In this document: positions 39,148-53,453 of the stretch, piece by piece
How positions within the stretch are numbered: the stretch's first letter is position 1
Layout of the letters: the number at the start of each line of letters is the position of its first letter
Source of the DNA: Octopus vulgaris
Taxonomy: Eukaryota
DNA length: 64,000 nucleotides
NCBI GenBank assembly: GCA_951406725.2
Contig: OX597828.1
Coordinates: 69,130,001-69,194,000, forward strand
Reading direction: 5' to 3'
Notes under the pieces: generated by a model
What the model was told of the DNA's origin: nothing
Databases searched by the model: none
What the model saw: the letters and a program-made list of their open reading frames with translations, nothing else
Program-made: the position numbers and the translations under genes

Positions 39148-40321
39148 TGTTACGAGGGGGGGTCCTCCGAAAACTGTTACGGAATCCCTCACACAGGCCC
39201 GTTCGATGCAGCGAATGTTTTCGCCACGGAAACTCGTCGGAGGAGAGGAGAGAGAGATACAACAACAACAGCAGCTGCAGCACAGAGGCAATCGAGAGAG
39301 ACACAAAGAGGCAAGGCAATTGGCTTACATTTAACACTAATTTATGACAATCAATTGCTACAACATCAAATACATATCAGGTACATTTAAAAGAGGACAT
39401 GCAAGTAACAACAATACATCATACAGGTATACCACAGATCAAAGCATTTAACAACATGCAGATACAATATAACCGTCCGATAACAGCACATCAAATTCAA
39501 TAACAACGGCAATTAAAGAAAACACATGCAAGAAACAGGTATACAATGTTCATGTCACAAATAATTCACGTTACAAATCAATGTTCAAATCCAATTAAAC
39601 AAATAACGTTCACAGTTCTTTAAAGTCTTTTTCTACTTTCGTTTGTAATATGTATCAACACAATTCTGAACATAAATACCACAACTCGATAATCGACACA
39701 TCGACAAGTCCTTTACTCAATTCACATTGTTCATTAATTTCCTTTTTACTGTCTCATTTCTTTTCAACATTTCGATACATCGATTCCTTTTCCTTCTTTT
39801 TCTTCACATATCAATACACAATTCACGTACCTTACATTAGCAAACGCCTCATATTGCACCTCATCTCTCTCAGTACTGCTAGCTCCAACTTGCCAAACTC
39901 TTGCCCCGAATTCCCAAATCCTCGCTCCTAAAATTCCAACCGCTCGCTTTGACTTCCAAAAACCGACTGCCCAAAACCTCTTGCTCTCTCACACCCTCAA
40001 TCTGTCTTAGCACTGCTAATACTCTCTCTATCTGCTCTCAGCCCTATCTGCCTATCTTTATCGACGCTGTCACTGTCATTCTCCCTCCTAGTTCTCAGAT
40101 TCCTTAATCTGTCTTTCTCACTACTTTCTTCTTCCTCTTCTTCACTGTCACTAGATTCTTGCTTACTCTATCTTCCTCGGCCCCTTCTTGACCGGCGAAA
40201 GGCCAAAGGTCCCTCCAAAAGCCATTACTCTTCCGTAAACAAAGGGCTATAACTTTTTATTCCAGATTTCCAGACTCCACTCTCAACAAAGTAGGTCAAG
40301 AAATACTGTACCAGCCGAACC

Positions 40322-40327
<6 letters not shown>
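39148..40327. mobile_element. Possible solo LTR inserted into a SINE microsatellite
   Basis: TGTT...AACA termini. It splits a SINE (38860-39140 and 40410-40550), has no ORF and no clear TSD. Confidence 0.4.
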
Positions 40328-40374
<47 letters not shown>

Positions 40375-40699
40375 CATATATATATATACACATATATATA
40401 TACATACATATATACGACGGGCTTCTTAAAGTTTCCGTCGGCCCGAGGCTATAGTAGAAGACACTTGCCCAAGGTGTCACGTAGTGGGACTGAACCCGGA
40501 ACCATGTGGTTGGTAAGCAAGCTACTTACCACACAGCCACTCCTGCGCCTGTACTGCATATAAGTTCAAAATATAATGTGTGTATTTCATCTGTTACAAA
40601 GGCATACCACAGAAAAAAAAGACCCCACAAAAAACAGCATAGATACAGAATATTGATGGAAGTAAATTACTTGGAAAATACAAATACACACAAATCCTA

Positions 40700-41365
40700 G
40701 TACAGCAGACAGTTAGAAGTGAGTTTTTTTTGGTCGATCTTGTGTAATTTGCCTCCGGGATGTCACGCAAGATCATCCAGCAAAAGTCTCCCACCATGCT
40801 GGGGTTCCACTTTGCCTTGGTAGTTACTCTCCGTTTCAGTAATATCTTGGTGGAACCTTTCTCCATGCTCATCACTCGCTGCTCTGAGCTTCGGAGGGAA
40901 GAAGTTGGGGCGGGAATGGAGAAAGTGAGTTTTGAGTGACATTCGGCATCCCATATCCTCATAAGACTATAACAACTTCTCCATATACTCTTGGTAATCT
41001 AGTACCCGTGTGTTACCAAGGAAGCCATGGCAGACTGACTTAAATGCTTCCCATACTCTCAGTTCCTTTAAGGTAAGAAGCTCTTCAAAGTCCTTATCCA
41101 TCAGCACCTCTCAGATCTGAGGTCCGACGAAGATGCCCTCCTTGAGCTTAGCAGAACTCAGAGCTGGGAACAGAGTGCACAAGTGTTGGAAGGCAGCGCC
41201 ATTTTTGTCCATGGCCTTCACCAAAGTCTTCATTAAACTAAACTTGATATGAAGAGGAGGAAGAAGCACCTTGTTCATGTCCACCAGAGGATTTTCTTGG
41301 ACCCTGTGTTCACCAGGCACGGAAGTGCTCCCAGATCCCCACTCCTTCTGTTTGTAGTGCTTGTA
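40700..41365 (-). mobile_element. DNA transposase remnant, probably Chapaev3/CMC-type
   Basis: LLPPLHIK..MK..VKAMD, KLKEGIFVGPQI, GCRMSLKTHFLHS and SDEHGERFHQDI. The family assignment is from recall. Confidence 0.7.
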
Positions 41366-41606
41366 CTCTTTGCTCTCATATTTTTTCCTTTTTCCGAGGT
41401 TACCCTGTTTTTTTCGTAGGTTTTTCTCTCCGCGGATAACTCTAGTCAGTGTTATATTTTCTCCCCCTTTTGGGAATTTAAATTGTTAAAAACGATACCT
41501 TGTTATCTAATAAACGCTTTTCGACCCCTATTGATCGGTTTTGAAAAGAAAAATTATACATTGTATTGTCTCCTCTGTGTTCGGCCTTGCGTGGCTTAAT
41601 AAACAA

Positions 41607-41685
<79 letters not shown>

Positions 41686-42705
41686 CTGTCTGTCTGTCTG
41701 TCTGTCTGCCTACCTAACCTACCTACATACCAACATACCTGTCTGTCTGTCTCTCTGTTTGTCTTCCTGCCTGCCTACCTACCTACCTAGTACCTGTCTG
41801 TCTGTCCGTCCGTCCATCCATTTATCCACCCACCCATCTCCCCATCCATCTAAATTAGTGTATAAACTGCTCTACACACTTTCAAACTGTATCGAGTACT
41901 CTTTTTCTTCTACGCCACAACATAAACATTAAAAAAACTCCGCCACCTGCCAAGCCAGCCAACCAGCCCGCCAACCAGCCAGTCAACTGACTTTGAATGG
42001 TTGTCATAGGATGTGTTGACAGTATGGCGTCGTAAGCAACCAAAGCTATAAAGGATATTGACATTATTGTAAGTTGTGGTGGAAGAAGAGAGAAATAAGC
42101 TTTCTATGAAGGGGAAAGAAATCAGATCAGTTTAGGGGTTTGAACAGGTAAGGTTAAAAATAATATAGAAGTTAGTGTCTGTGAGGTAATTAATACTAGT
42201 TTTAATCAACAAGTGTTTAGATATTATTTACTGATAATGAAAGAAGCCGACAGTATATTGTAATAAAAAAAAAAGAAAAGAAAAACTTTAAAAAAATTAG
42301 TAAGTACCTTAGATTGTTGTAACTAATTAATCGAAGGTTTTGAATTCATAAAGGGAGTGGTGGTGGAGGTGCAGGTGATATGTGCGAGTTGTCTCCACCT
42401 GGCCTACGCTAACTAAATCCGAATGGCTCGAAGCGGTCGTAACACCTGAGTAACGAACTACTAATGAGGAATAAAGGTGTTTTTTTTTTTAGAAGACAAA
42501 CGGCGAAGGAGAAGAGACAGAAAGAGATGAGAAGTTGTGAATTCAGTCCTCAATGACTGACATCTATAAAAAAGACAAAACACTTGAATGATTAGAAGAC
42601 CCTCACTCGAAGTCCATCGTACGGTGATCAAAGGAAACGTTTTTGACTTGCTGCTTTGAGCATAAAATATTAATTCGTTAATGAGAGGCATGAAAAGCCA
42701 GACTT

Positions 42706-42990
42706 AACACAGGGAAAGTACGAGTGATTATGCTGCGTTCATGCCTTTCTTAACGATGATAATATAGCGTAAAATATCCGAAAAGTGAAAAGAGAAAAAA
42801 AATGTAAACGAAACGAAAGTAAAAAAGAAAGTAAATGAAATTGGATATTGGAAATCGTTTGTTATGAACTTATACAACACCACAGGTGAGTGTTTAATAG
42901 TGTTACACTTATTAACACTTTGTTGTTTAATAGCAATGTATATATATGTATACATGTGTGTATGTGTGAGTGTATATGTATTCATGTGTG
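42706..42990 (+). repeat. Local duplication, second copy at 44969-45250
   Basis: About 285 bp, nearly identical, including CACCACAG|GTGAGT. Confidence 0.9.
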
Positions 42991-43505
42991 TGTCTATTGG
43001 TATGTCAAAGTAAATGTAATACGAAGCATTGAAATCTACGAAGCAATATATATATTTCTATCAGTGTGTGTGTGTGTGTCTGTGCGTACGGGTGAGCGTG
43101 TGTGGGTGTGAGCATGTGTGTGCGTGTTTGTGTGTGCTAGTTATATTAATATTTTTTTCTGGATATTATTGATATTATTTACTGGATTGTATTAGGTCAA
43201 CAGGCAAACCAGATCGCTTGAGTATCGACCAAACCAGTTGAAACTTTCGGTTTGTATTCCATCGCAGCGCTGAGCTCTGCGCACAGTCGGAACATTTCGT
43301 TATGAACCGACTCAGTTTAGTTGACTGTAAACAAGAGCAACGTGTTGACACAACTCAGCGAAGTAAGCGTTCTTAGCAACAGCGATTTATGCAGATACAA
43401 CAGAAGAACCAGGGTCCAACTGGTATTAAAGTCACTCCCTCACAGGTTTTAAAATGAGATCTGCAATACATGATATATAATGTATGTGAATATATACACA
43501 TACGC

Positions 43506-43577
<72 letters not shown>

Positions 43578-43688
43578 TTTGGTCTTGGAAATAGGAAAAA
43601 TAGGACTCAAAGCATGAGTGTATGCATATCTTTTTATTTTTATCTCAGATTTTTTCTGCCAAATCTCTCTCTCCCTCTCTCTTTCTCT

Positions 43689-43769
<81 letters not shown>

Positions 43770-43950
43770 TTTATAGAAGGAGCTTCTACAGGACTAGAAC
43801 TGTTTCATTCAAAAGAAATCATCATTATTTTGAATGAAACAGTTCTAGTCCTGTAGAAGCTCCTATAAAATAAATTAATTTACTCTGCTATGTATTGAGT
43901 ACCTTATTTACTGTGGTTAACCCCGACTCAACCCGGGACCTACATATATA

Positions 43951-43999
<49 letters not shown>

Positions 44000-44189
44000 T
44001 ACAAGATAAGGGCAAAAGATTATAATATCTTTTTGAATTATAGATTTGTCTTTTTTTCGGCATACTTGGCATTAGAATTTTTCTTTTGCCCTTATCTTGT
44101 AAATTATTTATAAATTTAACCTTTAAAGGTATTTTTTGATATGCTGACCATTGATAAAATTTTTTCCCGAAAAAATTTTTATCCTACAT

Positions 44190-44239
<50 letters not shown>

Positions 44240-44502
44240 GAAGGTTTGAAAATGCAATTTTAAAAGATGTTTATTTACTTGACCGGTTTCACTTTTCAAG
44301 AAAAAGAGTGTCAAAAGTAACATGTAAAAGCTTTGTTGTGTTAAGTACTGGCTGTCACGAAATATTAAGATACATATATACATTCGTTGATAATAATAAG
44401 AAAATGTTTAAAAACTGTTTACAGAAAAAAATTTTTTGAGAAATTATTCAAAAGTTCATAAAACCTATTAGGATTTCATTAGAAATCATGTTTGTTTGGA
44501 AG

Positions 44503-44624
<122 letters not shown>

Positions 44625-44658
44625 AAATTATAAGTTCAAAAAGGTCATATTTTGGTAG

Positions 44659-44700
<42 letters not shown>

Positions 44701-44922
44701 TAGAAAGAGATATATTTAGTTTACAAAGAATTTGGGATGAACTGACCTGTTTCACAATTTTATCGGAAAAGACTATTTTGTATTTCAAGGGACAGTTTAG
44801 GAGATGTGTTTTTTTTTTGGGGGGGGGGAGGAAGAGCAATGTGGAACTGAAAAGAAGTTTTTGCTTCTCTTTCACAGTTGAGTGGTTATGGGGATTGGTC
44901 TTTAGAGGTCAAAATGGTGTGA

Positions 44923-44970
<48 letters not shown>

Positions 44971-45375
44971 CACAGGGAAAGTACGAGTGATTATGCTGCG
45001 TTCATGCCTTTCTTAACGATGATAATATAGCGCAAAATATCGAAAAGTGAAAAGAAAAAAAATGTAGACGAAACGAAAGTAAAAAAGAAAGTAAATGAAA
45101 TTGGATATTGGAAATCGTTTGTTATGAACTTATACAACACCACAGGTGAGTGTTTAATAGTGTTACACTTATTAACACTTTGTTGTTTAATAGCAATGTA
45201 TATATATGTATACATGTGTGTATGTGTGAGTGTATATGTATTCATGTGTGTGAGTTGGTATATATATATATACGTGTTTGTGGGCCGTTTTTGATTGGTC
45301 CCAGGGTTTATTGTGGTGTATGTAAATGTGTCTGTGTGTGCTTAGTATTTGGTAGGATGGTGTGTGTGTATGTGT

Positions 45376-45417
<42 letters not shown>

Positions 45418-45449
45418 TATGAGGAAATAAACAAATAATCTTCCAAACT

Positions 45450-46600
45450 GCAACGGCCAAAAGTTAAGGGTCAGAAAAACAATGAAAAATGGAACAAGAG
45501 CAAGAAAACCCTTACTATTAATATTTTGTGAACATTGCTTTACTATCAATGGCCTCCTGACATTTGTTACCACAAAACTGAATCAATTTTTTTGCAAAAT
45601 ATTGTTCCATTCGTTTCTCAATAATTTCCAGAGTTCATCTTGGTTGTTTGGATATGTCCTTTGCGTCCCATCTCCAATAATATTCCAAATGTTTTCTATA
45701 GGGTTGAGATCTGGACTTTGAGGTGGCCAGTCCATGAGATCAACCCCTTCCTCACTCAAAAAATCTTTGACTTTCTTCGCAGTATGAGGGAGCATTGTCC
45801 TGCACGAAGATAGAAGATTGAACTGACGAGGATTGGAGATGTGGAAGGGGATGCTGTCTAAGAATCTGCTTGTAGACTTCAGCATCGACAGTCCCTTGTA
45901 GGCGAATAAGTGGACCAGGACTAGCAACAGGAATCACTCCCCTTAGCATGACACTGCCTCCTCCATATTTCACTGCACGAGATAACCTTTCGCCACTTCT
46001 TTGTCGGACGTACATCCTGCCATCGGAACCAATTACATTAAACTTCGATTCATTCGCTAAAATGAACCCGCAACCACTGTTCTTCTGTCCAAACGACATG
46101 TTCGTGATCGAAACGAAGACGATCTCTTTGATTCTTCTTAAAGATCAGTGGTTTCTTTGCCGGTGCCCTAGCAAGCAAGCCAGAACCTCGTAACCTCCGA
46201 GAAACTGTTTTGCACGATAGGTTGACATCGGGAGGGGAGTTAAACTCGCAGGATATCTCAGCAGCACTCTTACCCCGACTTCCTGCGCAACCGCTGAGCC
46301 TGGATGCGCATTCATCCATCCGTCGATGCTCTCGGTGTCGGGGGTTGACCTGCTTTCTCTTCTGCGGGTCTTACAAATAGCAAAGGACCACGTTTCGGAC
46401 CGCTCAGACCAGACCGCTCAACAGCAACAGCAGCACTCTTAAGCCTATCTTTCAGTGACATTCTAATCATAATACAATCCTGTCTTCTTGAAGTTTTACG
46501 AAGTTTACCGGTTTTGGGTTTAGTATCTGTCGGCCCTAATGACTTAAAACGAGCTGCAATTCGTTGCACAACACTTCAAGACCTTCCTACAGTAGTTGCT
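45450..46600 (-). mobile_element. Tc1-like transposon remnant with a nested SINE fragment
   Basis: TVSRRLR..GL.AR, ESKFN..GSDG, VKYGGGSVM, QDNAP and WPPQSPDLNPIENIW. Confidence 0.85.
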
Positions 46601-46679
46601 ATCACAGAATTGACTTACAAAGAATAAGTCCTGGGGTCAATTTCAGCTGGGCGGTGCTCCAGCTGAAACAAACAAAAGA

Positions 46680-46735
<56 letters not shown>

Positions 46736-46870
46736 GTATATATACATATATATTGACCTGCTCGCCTCGCCAGCGAGGTGGCGTCATTTGAAGGCCAAAA
46801 CAATGCGAAGTGCATTGTGACCAGCGATGTGTAGCAACATCTGATAGCCTGGTCGGTCACGGTGATCACG

Positions 46871-46919
<49 letters not shown>

Positions 46920-46921
<2 letters not shown>

Positions 46922-49150
46922 GATCTCAAAGCCTTCGAGATGGACCTACTGGGCATTATTCCCAAGCTGAAATTCCGTAAGTCCTCTTGCTCTTTCCAAC
47001 AGAAGCTCCGGGCCGACATTAGATTGCCAAAAGGCTCAGGTAGATTCCCTAATCTTGTCAAAGAAGACGAAAATCTTATATAGGATAGACACCCTCGATT
47101 ACGATAGACTACTAGAAAACAGCATCACTCAAAATTATAGGCGCGCTTCCGCACACACCTATAACGACATTAAAAATTAGCTAATGAGCTAGAGATAGCG
47201 GAGATCCTAACTAAAAGAAACGCCTTAATTACCGTAGAAGATCATAAACCGAACTTGGCCTCAAACCCTAAATGCCGCCTGATCAATCCGGCTAAATCCG
47301 AGATCGGTCTGGCGAGCAAGCACATATTGAGAAACATCAATAATGATATAAGGTAGATCACCAACCTTTCTCTGTGGCGCAACAGCAACGAAGTGACCGC
47401 ATGGTTTAACACCAACAAGAGAAGAGGCAGAGCAAGGTTCGCCCAGTTTGATGTAGACAATTTTTACCCGTCTATATCAAATGGGCTACTGGCCAAGGCG
47501 CTTTCTTTCGCTAGAGGCTTCACTGACGTTAGCGACAGAGATATAGATGTTATCATGCATGCCAGAAAAGCAGTGCTGTTCAACAGAGGTTCGGCATGGT
47601 CAAGCAATCCAACCCCACGGGCTCCTTTGACGTCGCGTGGACAGCGTTGACGTATGCGATCTCATCGGGTTGTATATCTTCGATACCCTTAGGAAAAAGT
47701 TCCCCTTTGTCCTTTTTGGCCTCTACAGAGATGATGCCCTGACTACCTCTAGGGCAAAATCGGGCATACACTTGACAGGCTTAGAAAAGGTCTAATCTTG
47801 CCTCTATGGGACTGAAAATCCCCATAGAGACTAACTTCACAACCGCGGGCTCCTTAAATGTCACGCTCGACTTGGGTTCCGTTACATACAGGTCCTACCA
47901 CAAACTAAACGAGAAGCTAATGTACATCAACACGGCCTCCCGTCACCCACTCATCGTGTTCAAAAACCTTGTGAAGGATGTTAGGGGATCACGGACCTTT
48001 CCTCCAGCCAAGAGATTTCGATACAGCGACCCCTTAATATAACGAGGCTCTAGCTGCCAGAGGATTTAGGAACCGCATCTCCTGCATGCTGAAATCCAAC
48101 AACCGCAGAAGGAAGTGTTGCAGATATGCCATTTGGTTTGCCACTCCCACTTCTTTCTTAACACAAAAACGGCCGTAGGTAGAATATTTCTTAAATTAAT
48201 ATATAAGCATTTCATTAGCTCCCATAGTTAGGGGGCCATTTTCAACAGGCGCAACGTTAGAGTCTCTTTTAGCTGTGCCCTCAATATTAAGAGCATTCTA
48301 GTTAGCGCCCCTAGGCCACGGATGGAAGCAGAATGTTCATGCAGGGACCACAACAGATGCCTGGTGGGAGGCAATTGCGAAACGAAAGGGGTCGTCTATA
48401 AAACCGACGTACTAGCAAACCCTGGAAATACTACTGGTAAAAGCAGTAGCAGCCGTAGATACGGGAACAGAACCAGCAAAGCCGCCGCCACCACCACCAC
48501 CACCACCACTATCACCACCAACAACAACGATGACGGCGGCAACAACAACAACAGCAACACCATCGGATACAGACATAACGCTGACAACACACTCCCACAG
48601 AGATACATTGGATGTTCCGGAAACTCATTCGAGCAACGTCTCTCCAACCAAAGGTCGTTCAGAGTTCTGGAAAGGAGATACGTAACATCATTAGCCAGCC
48701 ATGTATGTCAACTGAGAGGCGATGGGATTCCATACTCGATCTCATGGAAAATCCTCGAGAACCCAGGCCCCTACATCAACAGGACAAATCAATGCAAATG
48801 ATGCATAGCTGAACGGGCGAGAATCCTTAAGGACTCCCTCTAACCAGGGAACATCCTTAACTCAAGAACGGATATTTTCGGACTATGTTTACATTTCAGG
48901 AGGTTCCTGCTAGCCTTTTGGAGCCCACTAGATGGCAGCACAGCCGGAAGTCGAGATAATCCCCGTTGTTAAATTTGAGTAACAATAAAGCATTTCCTTC
49001 TCCATATTTTTAAGAGTTCTTGTGCCAACAGGTTTTGGGATCTGACGATACGCCATAAAGCTAAACCTTTTATGGACGGGAAACCTAAGGTAATCCCATA
49101 AACCGCCCTTCCGATTTTTAATATATACTGCTCTAAATCTTAGAGTGTGC
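46920..49150 (+). mobile_element. Penelope-like retroelement (RT + GIY-YIG), 5' truncated, degenerate
   Basis: Fragments DHKPN..NPKCRLINPAKSEIG, QFDVDNFYPSIS, YRDD, YINTASRHP, CSC..C..GNC, GVVY...YIG and SISWKIL, with many stops and frameshifts. It is flanked by (TA)n and has a hammerhead in its 3' end. Confidence 0.9.
49036..49098 (+). ncRNA. Type I hammerhead ribozyme in the Penelope 3' terminal region (intact core)
   Basis: TGGGAT-CTGACGA-stem II (CCATAAAG/CTTTTATGG)-GAAA-CC TAA G-GTA-ATCCCA. Stem I is TGGGAT/ATCCCA and the cleavage triplet is GUA. Confidence 0.85.
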
Positions 49151-49179
49151 TTCTTCTTTCTGATTTATGTTTTTACAGA

Positions 49180-49219
<40 letters not shown>

Positions 49220-49527
49220 CAAATAAGAAAATGAAGAAACAAATTTGGTTTGTTCATCAACTTACGGATAAATGAATAAATAATCCAACATTATAATATC
49301 CCTAAGTTGATGAACAAACTAAATTTGTTTTTCCCTTTTTCTTTATTTGTATTATATATATCTATGGTAAAAATATTTCTTTACCTTCACCCGTTTAATG
49401 CAATAAAGGAATTGCATTGCAATTAAAAACATTTATGTATTAAGTTTTTGGGTACTGTACCAACAGTATATTGGATAAATGATATCCCACAGTGGGTTAC
49501 ATTCATAACCCCTATCTTACTTTGTAC

Positions 49528-49578
<51 letters not shown>

Positions 49579-50060
49579 TCATACACACGCATGTACATAA
49601 GTATTTCTGTGTATGTATGTATGTATGTATGTATGTATGTATGTATGTATGTATGTATGTATGTATGAATGTATGTTTGTTTTAGTGTATCAGTGATTCA
49701 ATACATCAATATTTTTTCCGCAAGTTAATCCAAATCAATCATTAAGTAAAGTACGTCTAGAGGAAATTTCTATAAAAATATAATAATGAAAAATTTTAAA
49801 TATACATTAGAAACAGTAGCATTGTTGTGACTATCATTTACCCACCATTGTAACAACACTGATACTGTTTTTGATTTATTATTTTATTTTTTCCTGTTAT
49901 ATATATATATATATTGTAATATATTATCTATTTTCATATCTTTGGAAAATCATGATGTAGCGAACCACCTGTACAACTGTAATATAAATTCTCATTTACA
50001 AAAATAAATGAATATGAATATATATGAGTTCATGTCTATATGCATGTTTGTATGCATACG

Positions 50061-50133
<73 letters not shown>

Positions 50134-50305
50134 GTATATATATATATATACATATTAGAGGCAAACCCTTCTGTGGACACACTTATGCTAGAAATAGATC
50201 CGCTATGGTCTTTACTGAACCTTCAGTTTTTTTATATGCTAGACCACTGGTGTGAAATCGATGTTAATTAAATTAATATCTAATTTCTCACCCTCATTTT
50301 AAATG

Positions 50306-50371
<66 letters not shown>

Positions 50372-51010
50372 CATAGAGAGTGATAGATAGATAGACTTGT
50401 TGGTAGGTAGATAAATATGTAGTATCATTTTATGTTATATCTCAAGGCTTGTTTCCAAGTGCATGTTAAAAATGAAATATTCCCCCCGTCATATTGATTG
50501 CTTTTTTTTTGACTAAAAATACATGTACTACTAACACAGTATATGTTTATTGTCAGTTATTGTTCTGCGTTTCGGCACTCAAGTGTCGATCGCGATATTT
50601 TGTATATGTAATTGTGGAATGAAGCAGGTTTAGGGAAACGTAGAAAGGGTGATAGGAAGAGAGACAGATAAAGGAAAAAGGTGAGAAATTTTTTTTGAAG
50701 ATGTGTGGGCGAGTATACGTATAGGTATGTGTAAGCGCTGGATGTGTGGAAGCTTTTTTAAGGCGAGAGAACTTCTAACGCGGCAAAAGCCAACATTACT
50801 ACTTGTATAGAACCAATCAGTTGGCTAAAATATATTTCTACTCATTAGGACATGGGGAAAGCATATCGCTTTAAGACTACTGAGTCAGTTTTTCGGGCTT
50901 GCATCGTGGTTATACCGATATAATGTAGGATAAATATAATAATAACAATAACTCTAGGATGAATTTTATAAATGGGTCCTCCTGAGGGACGACCTAGATA
51001 GCTAGAGAGA

Positions 51011-51540
51011 ATTTATAGATATTTAATACATCACTACGCGCGTTTCCACAAATCACATGGCTTTAAAATCAAAGTTCATATCCTCGAGATGAGTATAGTA
51101 TAGTTCGTATTATCCGTTCAGGTGATACTGCTTTACTGGATTAATCACAGAAGGAGGTTTATCCCTTCTCGCCAGTATGAAGGCCAATCTAGCTATGTGG
51201 GTATTTGTGTATGTACTTGGCAGGTGGAAGTAGGTGGTGGGAGTAGAGGAAGGAATGGTATCCCTACATTGCTACCATTCCTTCCTCTACTCCCATCATC
51301 TACCTCCCCCTGCCAAGTACACATAGAAAGACCCACATAGCTAGGTTGCCCTTCATACTGGCGAGAAGGGATTAATCCATTAAAGCAGTATCACCTGATG
51401 AAATGAATCAATGATGATGATCAACCGATGCTTACGGATAATACTACGGACTATACTGTACTCATCTCAAGGATACGGACTTTCATGTTAAAGTCATGTG
51501 ATTTGTGGAAACGCGCGTAGCGATGTATTAAATATTTATA
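51011..51540. repeat. Fold-back element, about 250-bp arms with indels
   Basis: The arms meet at a loop around 51261-51272 (GGAAGGAATGGTA/TACCATTCCTTCC). It carries a hammerhead motif. Confidence 0.85.
51390..51524 (+). ncRNA. Type I hammerhead motif with long stem II in the 51.0-51.5 kb fold-back
   Basis: ATCAC-CTGATGA-AATGAATCA...TGATTTGTG-GAAAC GCGC GTA-GCGAT. The opposite arm keeps GTGAT, which gives a perfect stem I. Confidence 0.7.
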
Positions 51541-51583
51541 AAATCCATCTTAGACTTATTGTTATAATATATATATATGTATG

Positions 51584-51670
<87 letters not shown>

Positions 51671-52471
51671 GCACACACTCGCTCTTATACACTTATAAAT
51701 ATAAAATATCAGCGCACAGCATTTCCAAAGAACAATACAACAGTGTGAACTGTTCGGCATTGGTTTAACTGCTTTAAATCAGGAAATATGGGTGCCAAAA
51801 TTTTGCAGTCACGTGTTGACCTATAACGAAACATGGACCTTCCAAAAGAGAGTGGCTAGACAAGGTCGAAAAGCCGAGTCGTATGTTGATGGCCTTGCAC
51901 TCACAAAACATCGTAGCCAAAGTTTGATGGACATATACCGGATTTCTATTTCAGGACAGGAAACAGGAAACGATAACAGCCCGGCCAATTTGTCATCCGA
52001 TCACTGGAAAATATTTACAATTGTCTCTCAAACAGCCTACTTTTTTTTTTTAACTGGAACAGTATTGTTTACTGAGAGTATTAGAATCTCACACTTCTTA
52101 TTGTATTTATGTATTGAAAATTGAATTACAAAATCCTGCAGTTTCTTCCAAACTCATTTGACGTTTCCCCAACACTTGATCATGTTTTCAAGCATTTTGT
52201 GCTTTTATCCCCAATAAAAGCTTCAATGATATGGAAGCCATAAATACTGCATTTACAAATTTTGTAAATGTGAAGCCTGAGAAATATTCTGAGAGATAGC
52301 ATGTCAAACAATTCACGTTGTTATTATATATCATCCTTCATTAGATTACTCTAAAATAACATCTCTTTTTAACAATCTTACGTACATCCACACAAACACG
52401 CACACACGTATGTATGCGTATATACATTTACATTTGGAACTCATGCTTCTTACCATATAGCCACGCCTTAT

Positions 52472-53042
52472 AATAAGCAAAAGGATATCCAGAGGTATTG
52501 CAGTACGATCCTTTCGTGCAACGCCATTTAATTGAACAATGCAATCATTACATCAATTTAAAATGTAGAGCAATCTTCAGCTGTACAAAGACATAGAATT
52601 TAATTAAATTTAGAACAGATGGACACATTAGTATAATTATACCTGAAATCTCCAAAAAGTTAAGGAGACAAACAAAGAACATGTTGTACCTACAACAGTA
52701 TGGTCGTAACTGTTGTAGATGCCACATGTTCTTTGTCTATCTCCTTAACGTCTTGGAGATTTTAGGTATAATTATACTAATGTGTCCATCTGTTCTAATT
52801 TAATTAAATTCTATGTCTTTGTGCAGCTGAAGATTGCTCTACATTTTAAATTGATGTAATGATTGCATTGTTCAATTAAATGGAGTTGCATGAAACAATC
52901 ATACTGCATAACCTCTGGATATCCTTGTTGCTTATTTTGATTTTAATCACCTTATTTTGAAATTGTATGGATTATACCGTACTAAATTCTGGTGCCTCAG
53001 CTTAAGTACCATATTCATCTGAATCTAAATTTTTGCTGAACT
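52472..53042. repeat. Fold-back Penelope-type terminal remnant with about 230-bp arms
   Basis: 52472-52699 is inverted at 52709-52936, with a hammerhead motif in each arm. Confidence 0.85.
52821..52909 (+). ncRNA. Type I hammerhead motif in the 52.47-52.94 kb fold-back (inverted copy at 52499-52586)
   Basis: GTGCAG-CTGAAGA-TTGC...GCAT-GAAAC AATC ATA-CTGCAT. The arms and the 6.9 kb copy give the consensus GAAAC GATC GTA CTGCAC. Confidence 0.65.
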
Positions 53043-53072
53043 CATCTACCATACCTAATATATATATATATA

Positions 53073-53338
53073 AATTCACAATCACTAAAAGTGACCAAGA
53101 GTGCAAAGGGCACCAGCATTGCTAGAAATCGGAGTCAAAGACCCCTTAGTCACAAAAAGTGTCATGTTCTATTTGAACTGACGGGGAGATAACAACTCTC
53201 CATCGAAAGCGAGATGTATTAGATTAACGTTTGTTCAACTAGCACATGCGCCTTTTAGTGGTTAAGGGTTTTTTGACTCCTATTTCTAGCAATACTAGTG
53301 CCCTTTGTACCCTTGGTCACTTTTAGACACGGTGAATT
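53073..53338. repeat. Imperfect fold-back element with a decayed hammerhead-like centre
   Basis: Arms CTAAAAGTGACCAAG.../...CTTGGTCACTTTTAG. The centre reads CTGACGG-GGAGA TAACAAC TCTCC-ATC-GAAA. Confidence 0.65.
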
Positions 53339-53395
53339 ATTTCCTTTTTGGTTTTAAATTACTTCCAGCCACCTTTATCATTTTACACACACACA

Positions 53396-53453
<58 letters not shown>

